A stretch of 64,000 nt of DNA from Alphaproteobacteria bacterium (GTDB taxonomy: Bacteria; Pseudomonadota; Alphaproteobacteria; Bin95), in contig OZ219788.1 in NCBI GenBank assembly GCA_964291285.2, positions 672,001 to 736,000 on the forward strand. Reading direction: 5' to 3'. Shown here piece after piece: positions 59,656 through 64,000 of the stretch (position 1 is the stretch's first letter; each line of letters begins with the position of its first letter). The translations under genes were made by a program, and so were the position numbers. The notes beneath the pieces are model-generated. The model worked only from the letters and a program-made list of their open reading frames with translations, did no database searches and was not told where the DNA came from.

Positions 59656-60291
59656 TCAGCCGAACACCTCTTCGAAGCCGGCCCGGAGCGCCGAGTCGAC
59701 CTCGGGCATGGAGGCGGTGATGCCCTCGGCCGCGAGCGAGGTGACCTCGAACCCTCCGATGCCGCAGGGCACGATGCCGTCGAAATGCTCCAGTTCCGGC
59801 TCGACATTGAGCGCGATGCCGTGGAACGCGACCCACCGGCGCACCCGCACCCCGAGCGCCGCGATCTTGCGCTCGGTACTGCCGCGGCGGACCCAGACGC
59901 CGATGCGCCCCTCCCGCCGTTCGCCGACGAGGCCGAAGCGCGCCACCGTCCGGATCAGCCAGTCCTCGAGGCCGCATACATAGTCGCGCACGCCGAGCCC
60001 GCGCGCCTGGAGGTCGAGCATGGCGTAGGCGATGCGCTGGCCCGGCCCGTGATAGGTGTAGCGCCCGCCGCGCCCCGTCCCGAACACCGGGAAGCGGTCC
60101 GGCGCCAGCAGTTCCGCGGGGTCGGCGGAGGTGCCGGCCGTGTAGAGCGGCGGATGCTCCAGCAGCCAGACAAGGTCCGGCGCCCCGTCCTGCCGGATGG
60201 CGCGGACCCGTTCCTCCATCGCCGCGACCGCCGCCTCGTAGCCGACGGGCCGGTCGTCGATGCGCCATTCCACCGGCCTTGAAAGCGCCAT
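59656..60291 (-). CDS. lipB: Lipoyl(octanoyl) transferase
   Basis: [30 protein letters not shown] and IVPCGI motifs. Confidence 0.97.
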   Translation of the reverse strand: MALSRPVEWRIDDRPVGYEAAVAAMEERVRAIRQDGAPDLVWLLEHPPLYTAGTSADPAELLAPDRFPVFGTGRGGRYTYHGPGQRIAYAMLDLQARGLGVRDYVCGLEDWLIRTVARFGLVGERREGRIGVWVRRGSTERKIAALGVRVRRWVAFHGIALNVEPELEHFDGIVPCGIGGFEVTSLAAEGITASMPEVDSALRAGFEEVFG

Positions 60292-60348
60292 CGCGATTTG
60301 CTATCCCGCCCCCGCCTTGAGACGGGCAGTCTAGCGCGTCTCCGAGAT

Positions 60349-60435
60349 GCGGTCGTGGCGGAATTGGTAGACGCGCAGCGTTGAGGTCGCTGTGGGGGCA
60401 ACCCCGTGGAAGTTCGAGTCTTCTCGACCGCACCA
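60349..60435 (+). tRNA. tRNA-Leu (GAG)
   Basis: Cloverleaf with long variable arm, TTGAGGT loop, GTTCGAGTC, CCA. Confidence 0.95.
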
Positions 60436-60462
60436 TGAGCCCGGGATGCGCGGAGGGATACG

Positions 60463-61842
60463 ATGGCTGAGCCCCATACGGTCCCGCGCGCCGATGACCG
60501 GGCCGACGAGGCTCTGGCGCTGACGCCGGACCTGGTCCGGCAGGTTCTTGAGGCAGGCGACGCCGAGGCCGTCCGCGCCCGGCTCGCTCCCCTCCACGCC
60601 GCCGATGTCGCGGACCTTCTGGAACGCATAGCACCGGACGAGCGCTCCGCCGTGCTCGAAGCGCTGCGCGGCGCGCTCGACCCCGACATCCTCGCTGAGC
60701 TCGACGAGACGGTGCGCGGCGAAGTCGTGGAGCAGATGGCGCCGCAGGAGCTTGCGCAGGCCGTCGCCCGGCTCGACGACGACGATGCCGTGGAAGTCGT
60801 CGCCGACCTCGACGAGGAGACCCGCCGGGAAATTCTGGCGCGCCTGCCGCAGGCGGACCGGCTGGCGGTCGAACAGGCGCTGACCTTCGAAGAGGACACC
60901 GTCGGGCGGCTCATGCAGCGTGCGACGGTCGTCGTGCCCGCCTACTGGACCGTCGGCGAGACCATCGACTATCTGCGCGCGGACGCCTCCCTGCCGGACG
61001 CATTCTTCGACATCTTCGTGGTGGACCCGCGCCACCGCCCGGTCGGAAGCCTTCCGCTCTCGCGCATCCTGCGCAACCGCCGGCCGGTCGGGCTGGCGGA
61101 GATCATGGACGACGAACCTGTCGTGCTGCCGGTCGCCATGGACCAGGAGGAAGCGGCATTCCTCTTCCGCCAGCAGGACCTGACTTCGGCGCCGGTGGTC
61201 GATGAATCGGGGCGGCTCGCGGGCGTGCTCACCATCGACGACGTGGTCGATGTCATGGACGAGGAGCACGAGGACGACATCCTGAAACTGGGCGGCGTCT
61301 ATGAGGACGACCTCTACCATGCCGCGGCGGCCACGGCGGCGAAGCGCTTTCCCTGGCTGCTCATCAATCTCGGCACGGCGGTGCTCGCCTCCGTCGTCAT
61401 CGCGCAGTTCGAGGCCGCCATCGAGGCCCTGGTCGCGCTGGCCGTGCTGATGCCCATCGTCGCCTCGATGGGCGGCAATGCCGGCACGCAGACGCTTACC
61501 GTGGCCGTCCGCGCGCTCGCGACCAGGGAGCTTTCGGCCACCAACGCCATGCGCATCCTCGTCAAGGAAGTGCTGGTTGGCGGCTTCAGCGGGATGCTGT
61601 TCGCCGTCATCGCGGCGGCGCTGACCTTCGCCTGGTTTGGAAACTGGCAACTGGGCGCGGTGATCGCGGCGGCGATGGTCGTCAACCTGCTGGTCGCGGG
61701 CCTCTCCGGCGTCGCCATCCCGCTTGCCCTGGACCGGATGCGGATCGACCCCGCCATCGCGTCTTCGGTGGTGCTGACGACCGTCACGGACGTGGTCGGT
61801 TTCTTCGCCTTCCTGGGCCTCGCCGCCGCGGTGCTGCTGTGA
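60463..61842 (+). CDS. mgtE: Magnesium transporter MgtE
   Basis: LHAADVADLLE, CBS pair, MGGNAGTQ and DPAIAS..LTTVTDVVG motifs. Confidence 0.96.
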   Translation: MAEPHTVPRADDRADEALALTPDLVRQVLEAGDAEAVRARLAPLHAADVADLLERIAPDERSAVLEALRGALDPDILAELDETVRGEVVEQMAPQELAQAVARLDDDDAVEVVADLDEETRREILARLPQADRLAVEQALTFEEDTVGRLMQRATVVVPAYWTVGETIDYLRADASLPDAFFDIFVVDPRHRPVGSLPLSRILRNRRPVGLAEIMDDEPVVLPVAMDQEEAAFLFRQQDLTSAPVVDESGRLAGVLTIDDVVDVMDEEHEDDILKLGGVYEDDLYHAAAATAAKRFPWLLINLGTAVLASVVIAQFEAAIEALVALAVLMPIVASMGGNAGTQTLTVAVRALATRELSATNAMRILVKEVLVGGFSGMLFAVIAAALTFAWFGNWQLGAVIAAAMVVNLLVAGLSGVAIPLALDRMRIDPAIASSVVLTTVTDVVGFFAFLGLAAAVLL

Positions 61843-62333
61843 GCGCCGTCATCCGCCCGGTGCGGGACAGCGATGCGGACGGGCTGATCCGCCTGATCGA
61901 CGCCTGCTGGTCCGCCTATGAGGGCTGCATCCTCGATGTGGATGCCGAGGAGCCGCAACTGCGCGCCATGCGGAGTCATTTCGACGCTCTCGGCGGCGAA
62001 TACTGGGTCGCGGAAGAGGCCGGCGGCCGGATCGCGGCCGGCGGCGGCTGGGCGCCCGCAGCCGACCCCGCCGGCGCCGAGTTGCACAAGCTCTATGTGC
62101 TCGCGGATCTGCGCCGGCAGGGCGTCGCCCGGCGCCTGGTCGCCATGGCGGAAGCGGCCGCCCGGCGGCGCGGCAGCCGCTTCGTGGAGCTCTGGTCCGA
62201 CACGCGCTTTCTGGAGGCACATGCCTTCTACGAGGCGCTCGGCTACCGCCGCACGGGCCGGACGCGCGAGCTGAAAGACCTGTCGGACACGGTGGAGTTC
62301 CATTTCGTCAAGGAGCCGTTCACCGTATCGTGA
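61839..62333 (+). CDS. GNAT family N-acetyltransferase
   Basis: ELHKLYV..RRQGVA, LWSDTRF..AHAFY. Confidence 0.9.
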   Translation: MSAVIRPVRDSDADGLIRLIDACWSAYEGCILDVDAEEPQLRAMRSHFDALGGEYWVAEEAGGRIAAGGGWAPAADPAGAELHKLYVLADLRRQGVARRLVAMAEAAARRRGSRFVELWSDTRFLEAHAFYEALGYRRTGRTRELKDLSDTVEFHFVKEPFTVS

Positions 62334-62396
62334 TTGGCCGATGCCGGGTGCGGGGCCGATCTTTCCCGGCAGGAAACACATCCGGAGGACCGTCCG

Positions 62397-62852
62397 ATGC
62401 GAACCCTCTTCACAAGCCTTGCCGCAACTTCCCTGCTCGTGCTGTTCGCCGGCTTCGCGGCGGCGAAGGAGCCCGTGTTCCAGCGCAGCGGCGCCGCCAT
62501 CCACGGCTACGACCCGGTCGCCTATTTCGAGGCCGGAGAGCCGGTGAAGGGCAAGTCGCGCCACGAGGTGGAATGGAACGGCGCCAAGTGGCGCTTCGCC
62601 AGCGCGGCCAACCGCGACACCTTCGAGGCCGCCCCGGAGCGTTATGCGCCGCAATATGGCGGCTATTGCGCCTGGGCCGTCTCGCAGGGCTACACCGCGC
62701 CCATCGACCCGAAGGCGTGGAAGGTCGTGGACGGCAGGCTCTACCTGAACTACTCGAAGTCGGTGCAGAAGAACTGGGAGAAGGACATTCCGGGCCATAT
62801 CGCGTCCGCCGACGGGCACTGGCCGCGAATCCTGGCCGAACTGTCCAACTGA
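62397..62852 (+). CDS. Exported YHS-domain protein
   Basis: AIHGYDPVAYF and YAPQYGGYCAW motifs, signal peptide, GGAGG RBS. Confidence 0.9.
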   Translation: MRTLFTSLAATSLLVLFAGFAAAKEPVFQRSGAAIHGYDPVAYFEAGEPVKGKSRHEVEWNGAKWRFASAANRDTFEAAPERYAPQYGGYCAWAVSQGYTAPIDPKAWKVVDGRLYLNYSKSVQKNWEKDIPGHIASADGHWPRILAELSN

Positions 62853-62900
62853 CGGCGTATCGGCTAGGGTCCCCCCGGTTTCGAGAGGAGGGCCGCGCTC

Positions 62901-63353
62901 GTGGTGAAGATCGCAACGCTCGCCGAGCTTGAAGGCTGGGTCGGCAGGGAACTCGGGGTCAGCGACTGGATCGCCGTAGACCAGGGCCGGATCGACGGCT
63001 TCGCGGAGGCGACCGAAGACCGCCAGTGGATCCATCTCGACACGGAGCGCGCCAAGACGGACATGCCAGGCGGCAAGACCATCGCCCACGGCTTCCTCAC
63101 GCTCTCGCTGACCGCCGGCCTGATGGTGTTCTCGGTGCCGGGCGCCAGCCGGGCGATCAACTACGGCCTCAACCGGGTGCGCTTCACCAACACGGTGCCG
63201 GCGGGCTCCAGGGTCCGCCTGCGCCAGAGCCTCGCCTCCACGGAGGCCGTGAAGGGCGGCGGCGTGCGCTGCGTGGTGGACAACACCATCGAGATCGAGG
63301 GAACCGACCGCCCGGCCATGGTGGGAGAGGGGCTGATCGTCTTCTACCCGTGA
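62901..63353 (+). CDS. MaoC-family dehydratase
   Basis: FAEATEDRQWIH, TIAHGFLTLSL and NYGLNRVRF motifs. Confidence 0.92.
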   Translation: MVKIATLAELEGWVGRELGVSDWIAVDQGRIDGFAEATEDRQWIHLDTERAKTDMPGGKTIAHGFLTLSLTAGLMVFSVPGASRAINYGLNRVRFTNTVPAGSRVRLRQSLASTEAVKGGGVRCVVDNTIEIEGTDRPAMVGEGLIVFYP

Positions 63354-63367
63354 GCCGCAGCAAGGGC

Positions 63368-63454
63368 TGGTGGCCGCTGAGGGACTCGAACCCTCACGGG
63401 ATTGCTCCCCACGGATTTTAAGTCCGGTCTGTCTACCGATTCCAGCAAGCGGCC
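63368..63454 (-). tRNA. tRNA-Leu (TAA)
   Basis: GGCCGCT/AGCGGCC acceptor stem, CTTAAAA loop, long variable arm, CCA. Confidence 0.92.
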
Positions 63455-63466
63455 GCGGACGCCAGC

Positions 63467-64000
63467 CTACTCCCTGCGCGGGAGGCGCGCCAGATTGAGC
63501 GCCGGCAGCATCGCCAGCACGAAGACGATTCCGAGCGCGAGGAAGCAGTCCCGGAAGCCGAAGGCGAGCGCCTGGGCGTGGACGACCTGGCCCAGATAGT
63601 CGAGCGCCGCGCCGATCCGTTCGGCGTCGGGCAGGCCGGCGATGCCGAGGCGGTCGGCGACGGTCTCGAGGAATCCCCGGCTCGCCGTATTGGCCGCGGT
63701 CTGGGTGGAGGCAAGCGATTCCGCGTGCCAGTGTGTCCGGAGTTGCAGCCAGACCACGATCAGGTTGGTGCCGGAAGCGCCGCCGAGCTGGCGGATGAAG
63801 TTCATCGCGCCGGACCCTTGGGCCAGCTTCTCGTTGGGGAGCGCTCGAAGGGCGGACGCGGAGAGCGCCGGCATGATGAAAGACATGCCGACCCGGCTGA
63901 TCATGGTGAAGACGGCGAAGGCCCAGAAGCCGGTATTGGCGTCGGCCGAGGCCATCAGGAAGGTGCCGAACGCAAAGAAACCGAGGCCCGCCAGGATCGG
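63467..64000 (-). CDS. DHA2 (EmrB/QacA) MFS efflux transporter, C-terminal part
   Basis: GSGAMNFIRQLGGA and QA..FGFRDCF motifs; 5' end outside window. Confidence 0.85.
   Translation of the reverse strand, partial: PILAGLGFFAFGTFLMASADANTGFWAFAVFTMISRVGMSFIMPALSASALRALPNEKLAQGSGAMNFIRQLGGASGTNLIVVWLQLRTHWHAESLASTQTAANTASRGFLETVADRLGIAGLPDAERIGAALDYLGQVVHAQALAFGFRDCFLALGIVFVLAMLPALNLARLPRRE

Overview
High-GC alphaproteobacterial-type DNA. Bases ~1-59,085 look like a mosaic genomic island ending in a large serine recombinase whose stop codon lies inside tRNA-Met(CAT). Bases ~59.2-64 kb are core genes: cytochrome c', lipB, tRNA-Leu(GAG), mgtE, GNAT, YHS, MaoC, tRNA-Leu(TAA) and an MFS exporter. 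The island carries a type I secretion system (PrtD/PrtE/TolC-like) and five RTX (GGxGxD) proteins in two paralog families, mosaic with respect to each other; two paralogs share a promoter with a variable poly-G spacer (G9 vs G13). Best finding: a ~29.3-kb element (14,823-44,133) bounded by a 12-bp direct repeat (TCGCTTGTGTAG) sits inside the left end of an IS1380-family element and separates its IR from its transposase. It has two translationally coupled tyrosine recombinases at one end and an AT-rich repeat region plus RHH genes at the other. Its cargo is a SNF2-helicase/DUF1156-methylase/DUF499-ATPase defence locus with an embedded membrane protein + TIR pair, TA modules, an IS66-like element carrying DUF4338, and an ABC transporter/amidohydrolase cluster. 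Nested IS630, IS66, IS1380 and IS5-like copies, two MITE types and several frameshifts are also present; the frameshifts may be real decay or sequencing errors. All calls are from reading the sequence by eye; no searches were run.
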